Source: an uncultured Verrucomicrobiae bacterium
Lineage (GTDB): Bacteria; Verrucomicrobiota; Verrucomicrobiia; Limisphaerales; UBA8199
Direction of reading: 5' to 3'
Assembly: GCA_963809845.1 (NCBI GenBank)
Contig: CAWELO010000014.1
Location: forward strand, 221,307 to 285,306
Length of the DNA: 64,000 nt
In this document: piece by piece, positions 46,535 to 56,652 of the stretch
How positions within the stretch are numbered: position 1 is the first letter of the stretch
Layout: every line of letters begins with the position of its first letter
The notes under the pieces: generated by a model
What the model saw: the letters and a program-made list of their open reading frames with translations, nothing else
Databases searched by the model: none
What the model was told of the DNA's origin: nothing
Program-made: the position numbers and the translations under genes

Positions 46535-49500
46535 ATGCCCCAGACAAATGAGATTGTTCCGCGCGCAGGCCAAGACCCAGCCCGCAGGCTTGAGCCGGAG
46601 GGGTTGCCGGGCAGGCATGCCGACTCCCGCGCACCGGCTCCCGGCACCGTGGGCACGCCACCGCGCGCTCTGGTTGCCGTGCCGGTTGACCGGTCCGATC
46701 CCGCCGTGAAGGCGCCGCCCGCGCGGATCCTGATTATTGACGACACACCCGCCATTCATGAGGACTTTCGCAAAATCCTCGTGGGGGACGAAAACCATCC
46801 GTTGGACACGACCGAGGCGGCCCTGTTCGGCGAGGCTTCCTCTCCGACGCCCCGGCCGCACTTCCTGGTCGATTCCGCTCACCAGGGGCAGGAAGGTTTG
46901 GCCCTGGCGCAACAGGCCGTCGCCGAAGGCCGCCCGTATGCGCTGGCGTTTGTCGATATTCGGATGCCGCCCGGGTGGGATGGGATCGAGACCATCGCTC
47001 AGCTCTGGGCGGCGGACCCGGACCTTCAGGTCGTCGTGGCCACCGCTTATTCGGACTACTCGTGGTCCGACATCGTCCGCCGCTTTGGCACCAAGGACAA
47101 CCTGCTCATCCTGAAGAAGCCGTTCGATAACGTGGAAGTGTTGCAGTTGGCTCAAGCGCTGACGACTAAATGGCAACTAGGCAATCAGTCGCGGCTCCGG
47201 ATGCAGGATCTCGACCGCATGGTGGCCGACCGGACAGGGCAACTGAACGAGGCGGCCACCCACATTCTGCGTTTGAACCGTCTCTATTCGGTGCTGAGCA
47301 AGAGCAACGAGCTGGTGGGGCGCACGCGATCGCTGCCACACCTTTGTGAACAGGCATGCCGGATCGCCGTCGAGGACGGGCTGTTCCGCCTGGCGTGGGT
47401 GGGCCTGCTGGACGCCCGCACGCTCGACATCAAGCCTTTCGCCCACTGGGGCTGCACGACCGGTTACCTTAGCCGGGTCCGGGTCTCGGCGGATGAATCG
47501 CAGCCGGAGGGGTTGGGGCCGGCGGGGGTGGCCGTTCGGGAGGGCCGGTATGACATTTGCAATGCGGCGCCGGAGGATCCCCGGCTGGCGCCCTGGCGGG
47601 AGGCCATCCGCCACTTTGGTTTTCAATCCATCGGGGCGTTCCCTTTGCGGGTGCAGGATCGCACCTTGGGGGTCCTGGTCTTATACAGCAGCGAACCTGG
47701 CTTTTTTAACGGCGGGGAGATCCAGCTCCTGGACCAATTGTCCAATGACCTTTCCTTTGCGATCGAATTAGTGGAGCAGGACCAGCAACTTCATTTGCAG
47801 CGCGCCGCGCTTGAATCGGCCGCCAATAGCATTGTGATTACGGATCCGGAGGGACTGATCGTATGGCACAATGCCGCGTTCACCCGCTTGACGGGTTACT
47901 CCGCGGCGGAGACCAAAGGCAAGAAGACCTCCGTGCTCAAGTCGGCCACGCATGGGCCTGAGTTTTACCGGAAAATGTGGCAAACCATTGCTTCCGGCCG
48001 GGTCTGGCAGGGCGAAATCGTGAACCGTCGCAAGGATGGAAGCCTTTACACCGAGGAGATGACCATCACGCCGGTGCACGGGGAAAAGGGGGTCATCACG
48101 CACTACATTGCGATCAAACAGGACATCACGGAGCGCAAACGGACGGAACAGCGCGTGGCGGCCTTCTCGACACTCGGCCAGCGGCTCAGCGCCGCCCAGA
48201 CGGTGAAGGAATCAGCGCAGATCATCGTGGAAGTGGCCGATCAGTTGCTGGGCTGGGATGCCTGCGCTTGCGACCTCTATTCGGAAGCGGAGGACAAGGC
48301 TTTCCCGGTGCTGAGAATGGAGGTCAAAGACGGGCGCCGCATCGAAGGCCAAACTCCCGACGGTCCGCAGTCCCTGACACCGGTGGCCCGCCGGGCGGTC
48401 CAGGAGGGCGGGGTGCTGCTGCTGCGCGAGAAGGCGGAGCGGATGCCCGGGGACAAAGTGTTCCTGGGCGGGGCCAACCCGGCATCGGCCTCCCTGCTTT
48501 TCGTGCCTATTCGCAACGTCGGCAAAGTCAGCGGCGTCCTTTCCATCCAAAGCTATACCCCCGGTGCCTACGACCAGGCGAGTCTGGAAACCCTGCAGGC
48601 GCTGGCCGACCATTGCGGCGGCGCGCTGGATCGCATCAAGACCGAAGAGGCGCTCCATTTCACCCAGGAAGAACTGCGGCAGTCGCAAAAGCTTGAGGCC
48701 ATCGGGCAGCTCGCGGGAGGGGTCGCCCACGATTTCAATAATCTGCTTGCGGTGATCCGCGGGAATATCGAGCTGGCGCTCATGCGCGCCGGCGAGCCCG
48801 GTCCGGAGACGACCGAATGCATGAACCAGGCGGTCGCGGCCGCCGACCGGGCGGCCAATCTGACCCGGCAGCTCCTGGCTTTTGGGCGCAAGCAGGTCAT
48901 GCAGGCGCAGTCGCTCGATCTCAACGAGTTGGTCGGCAATCTGACGAAGATGCTTAAACGCATTATCGGCGAGCACATCCAGTTGCAGTGCAGTTACGCG
49001 GCCGGCCTGGCTTGCGTCAAAGCCGACCCCGGCATGATCGAGCAAGTCCTGATTAACCTGGTGATCAACGCGCGTGACGCGATGGCCCGAGGTGGGGAGT
49101 TGCTGATCAGCACACACGAGGTCACCTTCGAGGCCGGCGCTCGTGCGCATCCCGAGGCGCGTCCGGGCCGCTTTGTCGCCCTGACCGTCCGGGATACCGG
49201 GACCGGCATCGCTCCGGAACATTTGCCGCACATTTTTGAGCCGTTTTTTACCACGAAAGAAGTCGGCAAAGGCACCGGCCTTGGCCTGGCCACCGCCTAC
49301 GGGATCATTAAGCAGCACGGCGGCTGGATTGAAGCGGCCAGCGAAGGTGGCGCCGGTTCCACGTTTGCGTTTTACCTGCCGGCGTTGGAATCCGGCGTCA
49401 AGCTTTCGAAAGTGCCCTTGGACGATTCCAGCCCGCTTTGCGGAAACGAAACGATCCTGCTGGTGGAAGATGAGGACTCGGTCCGGGTCCTGACCCGGCG

Positions 49501-49822
49501 TGTGCTCGAGACGTTCGGCTATCGTGTCCGCGAGGCGGCCTCCGGCCGGGAAGCGCTTGATCTGCCGGCTTCCTCGCTGGCCGAAATCGATCTGCTTTTG
49601 ACCGACGTCATCATGCCCGGAGGCATTACCGGGCGCGAATTGGCCGATCGGCTGACCAGCCGGCGGCCGGAGCTGAAGGTGATATTCACCAGCGGCTACA
49701 GCGGGGAAGCGCTCGGGCACGACACGGAGATTCTGCGCGCCACCAAGCGGCGTTTTCTGCCCAAGCCCTGCTCTCCGCGCGATCTTTTGCTGGCCTTGCG
49801 TCAGAGCCTCGACGAGAGATAA
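46535..49822 (+). CDS. hybrid sensor kinase: N-terminal receiver, GAF/PAS sensor modules, HisKA-HATPase core, C-terminal receiver
   Basis: REC1 ILIIDDTPAIHEDF...FVDIRMPPGWDG...KKPF. H-box GGVAHDFNNLL, then INLVINARDA, DTGTGI and GTGLGLA. REC2 ILLVEDEDSVR...LLLTDVIMPG...LPKP. Confidence 0.9.
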   Translation: MPQTNEIVPRAGQDPARRLEPEGLPGRHADSRAPAPGTVGTPPRALVAVPVDRSDPAVKAPPARILIIDDTPAIHEDFRKILVGDENHPLDTTEAALFGEASSPTPRPHFLVDSAHQGQEGLALAQQAVAEGRPYALAFVDIRMPPGWDGIETIAQLWAADPDLQVVVATAYSDYSWSDIVRRFGTKDNLLILKKPFDNVEVLQLAQALTTKWQLGNQSRLRMQDLDRMVADRTGQLNEAATHILRLNRLYSVLSKSNELVGRTRSLPHLCEQACRIAVEDGLFRLAWVGLLDARTLDIKPFAHWGCTTGYLSRVRVSADESQPEGLGPAGVAVREGRYDICNAAPEDPRLAPWREAIRHFGFQSIGAFPLRVQDRTLGVLVLYSSEPGFFNGGEIQLLDQLSNDLSFAIELVEQDQQLHLQRAALESAANSIVITDPEGLIVWHNAAFTRLTGYSAAETKGKKTSVLKSATHGPEFYRKMWQTIASGRVWQGEIVNRRKDGSLYTEEMTITPVHGEKGVITHYIAIKQDITERKRTEQRVAAFSTLGQRLSAAQTVKESAQIIVEVADQLLGWDACACDLYSEAEDKAFPVLRMEVKDGRRIEGQTPDGPQSLTPVARRAVQEGGVLLLREKAERMPGDKVFLGGANPASASLLFVPIRNVGKVSGVLSIQSYTPGAYDQASLETLQALADHCGGALDRIKTEEALHFTQEELRQSQKLEAIGQLAGGVAHDFNNLLAVIRGNIELALMRAGEPGPETTECMNQAVAAADRAANLTRQLLAFGRKQVMQAQSLDLNELVGNLTKMLKRIIGEHIQLQCSYAAGLACVKADPGMIEQVLINLVINARDAMARGGELLISTHEVTFEAGARAHPEARPGRFVALTVRDTGTGIAPEHLPHIFEPFFTTKEVGKGTGLGLATAYGIIKQHGGWIEAASEGGAGSTFAFYLPALESGVKLSKVPLDDSSPLCGNETILLVEDEDSVRVLTRRVLETFGYRVREAASGREALDLPASSLAEIDLLLTDVIMPGGITGRELADRLTSRRPELKVIFTSGYSGEALGHDTEILRATKRRFLPKPCSPRDLLLALRQSLDER

Positions 49823-49948
49823 GCCGGCTCCCTCGAACCCCCGCGCCGGGGTCTGGCGCTTGAACCCCCAGGGCATTCAGCCCCGGGGAAGTGGGGGCTC
49901 CGACTAGAACCGGCGAAGCCGCGCGGCCGCGCCGGAGATTGCCGGTCG

Positions 49949-51013
49949 TTAGAAATCGAACTGGTCGATATTCTGCCTGGTAAAGATGAACGGCTTGCCC
50001 AGGAGGATGTTGTCGCCTTGGATCTCGAACTCTCCCAATGAGCCGGCTTTGAAGGTTTTGTCGGCGGGTTTCAGGGTCCCCTTGACCAGCGCCTGAGCGG
50101 CGCAGACCGTCAGGTATCCCAGGTCCTCGGTTTTCCAGAGGATCACGCTGTCCGTCACCCCCTCTTTGACATAGCGGCGGTTTTCGCTGGGCAACCCCAG
50201 GCCAATCACCCGCACCTGGCCGGCTTTGCCCGCCTGCTTTACTGCCTCCGCCGCGCCCGGCACGGCGGGTGAGCAGATGGCCATGATGAGTTTGAGGTTC
50301 GGATTTGCGCTCAGAAGCGCGGTGGTTTCGGCCTGTGCTTTGTCCTTCAAATCGTCACACGGGCGCAGGGCCGCCAGTTTGATATTTGGATACTTGGCGG
50401 CGCGGCGCGACTCGATGTATTTTTGCCACTCATTCATGTTGTCCGCGGTCAGGCTGGCGGTGATGATTGCGAATTCCCCCGTGCCATCCAGCAGGCGCGC
50501 CGCCTCGTCCATCAACGTGAACCCGATGCCCTCGGGGGTTGCCTGGTTGACGAAGAAGGAGCGCGCGTTGGGTTCGGCGTCGGAATCATAGGTAATGACC
50601 TTGATGCCTTGGGCCCTGGCTTTGCGCAAGGCCGTCGAGATGCCTTCCTTGTTTTCGCAGGCCACCGCCATGGCATCCACCCCCAGCGCGATCCAGTTCT
50701 CCACAATCTCGTTTTGTTTGGCCGGGTCCGGATCGGTGGGGCCGTCAAAAATCAGATCGACCCCGAGTTCCCGGGCGGCCTTTTCGGCGCCGCGTTTGCA
50801 GGAAATGAAGTACGCGTTGCCTTTGCTCTTGGGCATCAGGGCGATGGTGATCTTTTTATTTTGTCCCGCGGAGCCGCCCGGGGGGCTGGAATCTTTGCTG
50901 CAGCCGGCGAGGAAAATCGCCGGAATGAGAAGTAAGAGAAGGCGCTTCACGGTGTGGCGTGGGGGAGGTTCAAGGTACGGTTTGATTTTGGGGACTGGCC
51001 TTTGGAGGCTCAT
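49949..51013 (-). CDS. sugar ABC transporter substrate-binding lipoprotein (CUT2 family, rhamnose/ribose-binding type)
   Basis: Lipobox FLAGC. KKITIALMPKSKGNAYFISCKRGAEKAARELG is the periplasmic-binding-protein type I pattern. ATGA overlap with the permease. The rest of the 698-aa ORF is out-of-frame overlap. Confidence 0.85.
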   Translation of the reverse strand: MSLQRPVPKIKPYLEPPPRHTVKRLLLLLIPAIFLAGCSKDSSPPGGSAGQNKKITIALMPKSKGNAYFISCKRGAEKAARELGVDLIFDGPTDPDPAKQNEIVENWIALGVDAMAVACENKEGISTALRKARAQGIKVITYDSDAEPNARSFFVNQATPEGIGFTLMDEAARLLDGTGEFAIITASLTADNMNEWQKYIESRRAAKYPNIKLAALRPCDDLKDKAQAETTALLSANPNLKLIMAICSPAVPGAAEAVKQAGKAGQVRVIGLGLPSENRRYVKEGVTDSVILWKTEDLGYLTVCAAQALVKGTLKPADKTFKAGSLGEFEIQGDNILLGKPFIFTRQNIDQFDF

Positions 51014-52014
51014 GCATCGTTTGCTTTGGGAGAGTAGCCAGGGCGGCGGCGTTGGGCGAACAGTTTCGGCAGCGCGGAGCCGGAGAGGGCCACGAGCAGC
51101 AACGCCCCGGTGAGCACGCCGCCCGCTTCTCGCGGCTGCCGGGCGTGTACCAGGCCATTGTTCAGGATGGCGAGCAACGCGACCCCGAGGATCGTCCCAT
51201 GGACCGAGCCCACCCCGCCGAAGATGCTGGCCCCGCCCAGAACGACGGCGGTGATGGCCAGCAATTCGTAGCCCGTGCCGGCATCGGCGCGCGCCTGGCC
51301 GAGCCGGGCCGTGTAGATGATGGCGGCGATCGCCACGATGATCCCCGCCAAAACATAAACGGCAGCCAGCCGCCGCTGGACGGGGATGCCTGCGTAGCGG
51401 GGGCCTTCCGCTGAAAAACCGATGGCCCGCCACGAGCGGCCAAAGGTCGTCCGGTGAACGAGCACCCACATTGCCATCGTGAGCAGGGCAAAAATCGGGG
51501 CCTGCGCGGGGACCCCGAGCCACTGTCCCTGGCCGAGTGCGAGGAAGGCATCGGGAAAGCCGGTATAAGTGTCCACGCCGTGGGTGATGGCTTCGGCCAG
51601 GCCGCGAAAGAGCGAGAAGGTTCCCAGGGTGACGATCAGCGGCGGCAATCGCAGGCCGGTGATGAGGGAAGCGTTCAGGGCGCCGGCGGCCGCCCCGAGG
51701 AGCAGTGTGGCGGCCCCGGCAACCTCGATGGGCAGGTGTCCGTCCCGCCACATCTTGCCGAACAGGACGGCGCACAGCCCCAGCAGCGACCCCACGGAAA
51801 GGTCGATGCCGCCGGTCAGGATGATCGGCGTCATGGCCAGCGCCAGCAGACCGATTTCCACCGTGTGCCGCAGAATGTCGAAGTGGTTTTCGAGCGTGCC
51901 GAAACGGGGGCCGATGTGGTTGAAGCTGAGCCACTCGATCCCCAGGATAAGCAAAAGCAACGTCTCGTGGCGCCAGAGGCCGGCTTTCCACCAGGGCTCG
52001 GGAGTCGCCCCCAT
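51010..52014 (-). CDS. sugar ABC transporter permease
   Basis: 334 aa starting MGATPEPWW, with multiple TM segments (RbsC-like). The start overlaps the upstream stop (TGATG). Confidence 0.85.
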   Translation of the reverse strand: MGATPEPWWKAGLWRHETLLLLILGIEWLSFNHIGPRFGTLENHFDILRHTVEIGLLALAMTPIILTGGIDLSVGSLLGLCAVLFGKMWRDGHLPIEVAGAATLLLGAAAGALNASLITGLRLPPLIVTLGTFSLFRGLAEAITHGVDTYTGFPDAFLALGQGQWLGVPAQAPIFALLTMAMWVLVHRTTFGRSWRAIGFSAEGPRYAGIPVQRRLAAVYVLAGIIVAIAAIIYTARLGQARADAGTGYELLAITAVVLGGASIFGGVGSVHGTILGVALLAILNNGLVHARQPREAGGVLTGALLLVALSGSALPKLFAQRRRPGYSPKANDA

Positions 52015-52943
52015 CAGCGGGTTTCCTTTCGATGGCGCAAGCCATCCGCCACTACCGCCAGCAGGATGATGGCCCCTTGAATCGCCCGCTCCCAATAGGC
52101 CTCGACGTGCAGGTGAATCAAGGCCGGACTGACACACGCCAGCAGGAGCAGGCCAATGAACGCTCCCCACAGGCTTCCCCGCCCTCCCGAAATCGCGACC
52201 CCGCCGACGACGGCGGCGGCAATCACCTTCAATTCGAGGCCCGAGCCGGCTTTGGGATCGACTTGCGGGGATTGAACCAGGTTCAGCACGGCGGCCAGGC
52301 CGGTGAGCAGACCCATCAGGGCAAAAACACCCAGCCACGTGCGCTGCGGGCGGATCGCGGCCAGCCGGGCCGCTTCGGCATCCGAGCCCACCGCGTAGAG
52401 GAAGCGGCCCGCCGCCAGGTACCGGGCCCCCAGTGCGAGCACAATCAGCAGAACCACCGCGGCGGCTGCAATTGCGATTTGGCCGGTGGTCTGTGTCAGG
52501 CCCATCCATTGCACGCCTTCCGGCAAATTGACGAACTCCCCCTGGCGTTGCCAGCGCAGGGCTTCCCGCCACGTCACCATGGCGGCCAGCGTGACCACGA
52601 TGGAAGGCAGTCGCAGCCCGGCCACGAGCAACCCGTTCAAAGCGCCCATGAGCAGGCCGAGGCAAGCGGATGCGCCCAGCACCACGAAGAGCGGCCATTT
52701 TGCCGCGGCCAGCAGCCCCGCGCAGACGCTGCACACCCCGAATTGTGAGCCGACCGAGATGTCGATTTGGCGCGAGATGATCACCAGGGCCATGCCGCAG
52801 GTCACGACCAGGGCCGGCGCTTCGCTCGCCACCAGAGAAAGCAGCGGGTGCGCCTGGTAAAAAGAAGGGGCGAAAATCGCCAGCGCGGCCAGCACCAGCG
52901 CCAGGGCGCCGGCAACCGAATACTCGCGAAAGTGCTGCTTCAC
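52014..52943 (-). CDS. sugar ABC transporter permease
   Basis: 309 aa, RbsC-like TM pattern. Overlaps the ATPase gene by 4 nt. Confidence 0.85.
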   Translation of the reverse strand: MKQHFREYSVAGALALVLAALAIFAPSFYQAHPLLSLVASEAPALVVTCGMALVIISRQIDISVGSQFGVCSVCAGLLAAAKWPLFVVLGASACLGLLMGALNGLLVAGLRLPSIVVTLAAMVTWREALRWQRQGEFVNLPEGVQWMGLTQTTGQIAIAAAAVVLLIVLALGARYLAAGRFLYAVGSDAEAARLAAIRPQRTWLGVFALMGLLTGLAAVLNLVQSPQVDPKAGSGLELKVIAAAVVGGVAISGGRGSLWGAFIGLLLLACVSPALIHLHVEAYWERAIQGAIILLAVVADGLRHRKETR

Positions 52944-54442
52944 GCGGCCGTCCCTTTCTGGCCGAAGGCGGCCGCCATGACGTCGTGCGCGTTGCGCGTT
53001 CGGGGCAGCAAGGCGGCGACCGTGCCGCCGCGCAGGACCGCGATGCGATCACTCATCCCCAGCACCTCGGGCAGGTCGCTGGAAATCAGCAGCACGGCCA
53101 GCCCCTGGGCCGCCAGGCCACGGATGATCCGGTGGATCTCGCTCTTGGCCCCGACATCCACCCCCTGCGTGGGTTCGTCGAGGATCAACACCTTGGGCTG
53201 CGTGGCCAGCCAGCGCGCGATGGAGACCTTTTGCTGGTTACCGCCCGAGAGCGTACCCGCCGGGGCGCCAGGGCTGTGAGCTTTCACGGCGAGTGATCGG
53301 ATGAATTCCAGGGCCAGGCGCCGCTCGGCCGCCGGACGCAGCCAATGGTAGGGAAAAAGCCGGGGGTGCGCTGCCATCGAAATGTTCTGTTCAATGGGCA
53401 TTTCCAGGATGACGCCCTGGCGTCGGCGATCCTCCGGGACATAGCCGATGCCATGTGCGATGGCCGCTTGCGGAGAGCGGATCACCACGGGCCGCCCGTC
53501 GAGCTGTATCTCGCCCCGATCGGCCGGCGTGATGCCGAAGAGCACCCGCGCCAGCTCGGTCCGCCCGGCTCCGACGAGTCCGGCCAGTCCGAGCACCTCG
53601 CCCCGGTGGAGATCCAGGTCGATATCATGAATCCCCGAGGAGCGGCAGCCCACCCCGCGCAGCGAGCAAGCCACTTCGCCGGGGGTGGGGCTTTCGGTGG
53701 GATATTGGTTCGCCACCGCGCGGCCAACCATCCGTTGGATTAAGGCCGATTCGTCCAGTTCTTTGGCCGCCCGGGTATCGACACTCTCCCCGTCACGCAA
53801 GACCGTGACGCGTTCCGCCAGTGCGAACACCTCTTCCAGCCGATGCGAAATATAGAGAATGCCCGCGCCGCGCCCGCACAGTTCGCGAATGACGGCGAAG
53901 AGCAGTTGCTGCTCCTTGCGAGTCAGCGAGGCGGTGGGTTCGTCCATCAGCAGGATGCGCGCGTCCGAGCCCACGGCGCAGGCGATCTCGACGAGTTGTT
54001 GCTCGGGCATGGAAAGGTGCCGGACCTCGGTTTCGGGGCGAATCGCGGCGCCCACCTGCCGGAGGAGTTGCTCGGCGCGAAACCGTCGCGCCGGCCAATT
54101 CACAGCCCGAAAGGCGGTGGCGGACTCCAGGCGGAGGGCGATATTCTCCTGGACCGTCAGATCGGGGAAGAGGGCCGGCTGTTGATAAATGCAGGCAATG
54201 CCGAGTTCACGCGCTCGAGCCGGCGTCAGGTGGCCCACCGTTTGGCCGTCGATTTCGACCGAACCATCATCCGGGCGCTCGGCGCCAGTGATGATTTTGA
54301 CCAAGGTGGATTTTCCCGCGCCGTTTTCCCCGACCAGGGCGTGGACTTCACCCGCCTGCAGGTCAAAGGAGACGCCCCGGAGCGCCTGGATCGCCCCGAA
54401 GGATTTCCGGATGCCCGACAAGCTTAGCAGCGGCGGTGACAT
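52940..54442 (-). CDS. sugar ABC transporter ATP-binding protein (duplicated ABC domains)
   Basis: Walker A GENGAGKST and GLVGAGRTE. Signature LSGGNQQK. 500 aa, RbsA-like. Confidence 0.92.
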   Translation of the reverse strand: MSPPLLSLSGIRKSFGAIQALRGVSFDLQAGEVHALVGENGAGKSTLVKIITGAERPDDGSVEIDGQTVGHLTPARARELGIACIYQQPALFPDLTVQENIALRLESATAFRAVNWPARRFRAEQLLRQVGAAIRPETEVRHLSMPEQQLVEIACAVGSDARILLMDEPTASLTRKEQQLLFAVIRELCGRGAGILYISHRLEEVFALAERVTVLRDGESVDTRAAKELDESALIQRMVGRAVANQYPTESPTPGEVACSLRGVGCRSSGIHDIDLDLHRGEVLGLAGLVGAGRTELARVLFGITPADRGEIQLDGRPVVIRSPQAAIAHGIGYVPEDRRRQGVILEMPIEQNISMAAHPRLFPYHWLRPAAERRLALEFIRSLAVKAHSPGAPAGTLSGGNQQKVSIARWLATQPKVLILDEPTQGVDVGAKSEIHRIIRGLAAQGLAVLLISSDLPEVLGMSDRIAVLRGGTVAALLPRTRNAHDVMAAAFGQKGTAA

Positions 54443-54491
54443 GGGGCAGCCCCGGCCAGGCTGGAGGGGGTGGCGGGCAAACCGGGCAGCC

Positions 54492-55331
54492 TCAACGGGC
54501 TGAGGAATTTGACGGCGGAAAATGCTTCAGGGCGATGGCGGCGTCGGCGTGGCCCATCGCGGCGGCTTTTTCGTAGAGGGCGCGCGCCTTGGCAGGGTCG
54601 CGGCTAATGCCGGCGAGTCGATCACCCAGGTAGTAGCGCTCGGCCATCTTAAAGATGCCGTCCGGGTCGTTCTTCGCCGCCAGTTCCTGGTCGGCCTTGA
54701 GCCTCTCTTTGGCTTCGGCCATTCGGCTATCCTGATCCTTGCGGGCCTTGAGCGCCTGGGCATAAGCGGCGTCCAATTCCTTTTGCGAACCGCAGTCCCA
54801 GATTTCGAGGCTGTCGTAGGTTTGGCCCGTCGGACGCGCCCGAATGGAGAATCCTTCGTCCTTCGCGTCCGTCGAGGAGAGGTCGCGCATGTGAGCGAGT
54901 TGGTCCTTGGCAGCTTCGAGGGTCTTGGTGGCGGCGTCGATTTGGTCCGGCGCGCCGGAATTGATTGCGGAGACATAATCCGACCGGCGTTGGGCCACCT
55001 CGTTTTCCAAGTGTTCGAGGGCGGGGCCGGGGCTCTGGTTGGCCTGCCAGGCGTCGAAGGCTTTCCGGCTATCGTAGGGCAAGTTAGCGAGGAGGATCTC
55101 CCTGGCATCGCCTTGCGGGGGTTTGACCAGGCAGACATTCCACCCCCGATGCTGGACCCGGTCGGCCATCTGGCCTCGGATTTCCATCAGCTTCAGCGCC
55201 TTCCAGTTCTCGGTGCCGCCTTGTCCGGCGGCCATGAGGATCGAAAGCGTCAGCGCTGCCGCTCCGGCCAAAACCATTTTATTCGTACTAGGCATGTTCA
55301 TGGCGGTTAGATCGGATGTGTTGTCACTCAT
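54492..55331 (-). CDS. membrane-anchored hypothetical protein with C-terminal Sel1-like repeat
   Basis: N-terminal hydrophobic anchor. MAERYYLGDRLAGISRDPAKARALYEKAAAMGHADAAIAL fits the Sel1 repeat consensus. Confidence 0.65.
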   Translation of the reverse strand: MSDNTSDLTAMNMPSTNKMVLAGAAALTLSILMAAGQGGTENWKALKLMEIRGQMADRVQHRGWNVCLVKPPQGDAREILLANLPYDSRKAFDAWQANQSPGPALEHLENEVAQRRSDYVSAINSGAPDQIDAATKTLEAAKDQLAHMRDLSSTDAKDEGFSIRARPTGQTYDSLEIWDCGSQKELDAAYAQALKARKDQDSRMAEAKERLKADQELAAKNDPDGIFKMAERYYLGDRLAGISRDPAKARALYEKAAAMGHADAAIALKHFPPSNSSAR

Positions 55332-55412
55332 AGTTCGCTTTTCCCCGTGCTTGTCAAGCTAACGAGGTTCAAAGATTCGAGCGTCGCTGGGTTCATTGAG
55401 TCGCGCTTCGGG

Positions 55413-56321
55413 CTACCTGCTTTTGGTGATCAAGTTTCTGAACCGGTCAAAGATCTCGACGGCCGTCATGCCTTCGAGGCGTTTGTCGGTGTAGAGCAGC
55501 ATGGACTCTTTGGCCAGGATCTCATCGTTAATCGACGGGTCGTTCTGGCAGATGCCTTCGCAGCGGAGAATCTCCATTTCGGCCTTAATCCAGTTGCGCT
55601 GGACGCCACTATGCCAGTCCCGTTTCTCGCGGTCGGTTTTGGCCTCCGTCTCGTTGCGCCAGGCCGATTGGGACTCCCGGTAATAGGCCAGGCAGCGGTC
55701 GGCGCACCCGGTAAATTCCTTCGGCATGCCGTGGCCGGTATTCTGGATCTTTCGAATCGCCGCGCTCTCCCGCCCGATGAGGGCCGAGAACTGTTCGTAG
55801 GTGATTTCCGGATCGAGCAGTTTCTGAATCTGATGCAGTTCGAGCAGCACCTCCTGGCAGGCGGCGCGGGCCTCCGGAGTCTTCGGCAGTTCGCACGCGC
55901 GCAACAGCGGGGTGTAAGGGAATTCGGGCGTGCCCCCGTGCTCCAAGACATCGACCAGGTAAATCAGGGAGTCATTCTTTGGGGGTATGGCCAGGCGGGT
56001 CGGCTCGGGGGCGGCGTCGGCCATGGCCCCGCGGCGGGAGCGCTTGAGCCGGACCACATAGGCCTGGTCGGCTTCCGAAAGGCTGGCAAAGGGCACCGAG
56101 CGCGCCGTGCCATCGACCAGCTTCACAATCACGGCGTTGGTCCCATCCAGCCGGACAAAACGCCCATCCACCCGGCCGCCTTTGCGAAAGGACCAAATCC
56201 CTGGGCCGCTCGAAATGTTGCCATCCTCGGTAAATGTCCAGGTCCGGGCATCCGGTGCGGCGAGCAGGCACGGCGCCAATAACCACAAGGGCGCAAATGC
56301 CAGGAGTCCGGTCGCCTTCAT
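55413..56321 (-). CDS. hypothetical exported protein with SHD1-like N-terminal domain
   Basis: Signal peptide MKATGLLAFAPLWLLAPCLLAAP. RTWTFTEDGN...VKLVDGTARSVPFASLSEADQAYV resembles SLA1-homology domain 1 modules. Confidence 0.65.
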   Translation of the reverse strand: MKATGLLAFAPLWLLAPCLLAAPDARTWTFTEDGNISSGPGIWSFRKGGRVDGRFVRLDGTNAVIVKLVDGTARSVPFASLSEADQAYVVRLKRSRRGAMADAAPEPTRLAIPPKNDSLIYLVDVLEHGGTPEFPYTPLLRACELPKTPEARAACQEVLLELHQIQKLLDPEITYEQFSALIGRESAAIRKIQNTGHGMPKEFTGCADRCLAYYRESQSAWRNETEAKTDREKRDWHSGVQRNWIKAEMEILRCEGICQNDPSINDEILAKESMLLYTDKRLEGMTAVEIFDRFRNLITKSR

Positions 56322-56407
56322 GCTCGGTATTATTTCACCTTTACCCTACCGAGGCGAGCCTTTTCCCGCAACTCCAATTCCGTGCCGGCCGGGCCCGGAG
56401 GGTGCGT

Positions 56408-56559
56408 CCCGGCAGTACCCCGGAGCGCCGGCTTTGAGCCGGCTTACGGCGCTCGGCGATGCTCATCGTGCTCCGGTGGACGTTGGAGGCGTTAAGCCGA
56501 CTGCAAGCCGGCGCTCCCGTCTGACGGTGTTCCGCGGGGGTAATGACGGGATGCGCTCG
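56408..56559 (+). repeat. family A repeat copy 3
   Basis: Aligns end to end with 2965-3120. The arms GGAGCGCCGGCTT (56422-56434) and AAGCCGGCGCTCC (56505-56517) are perfect. Confidence 0.8.
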
Positions 56560-56652
56560 GGCTCGGGGTTCACGTTCACGTTCTGATGGCATCGGGGGTC
56601 AAGTAAGGTTATGTTGCGGCATCCGCAGTGGATTGCGGGATGGGTTGCGCCT

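Noticed and set aside
44342-47176. 944-aa ORF antisense to both sensor-kinase genes
   Set aside because: It is Arg/Gly/Pro/Leu-rich with no motifs. It lies exactly opposite well-supported genes. Such shadow ORFs are expected in GC-rich DNA.
49949-53052. 698-aa and 680-aa ORFs that look like giant fusion proteins in the ABC operon
   Set aside because: Only their C-terminal halves (the binding protein from 51013 and the permease from 52014) are protein-like. The upstream parts are out-of-frame read-through over the neighbouring permease and ATPase genes.
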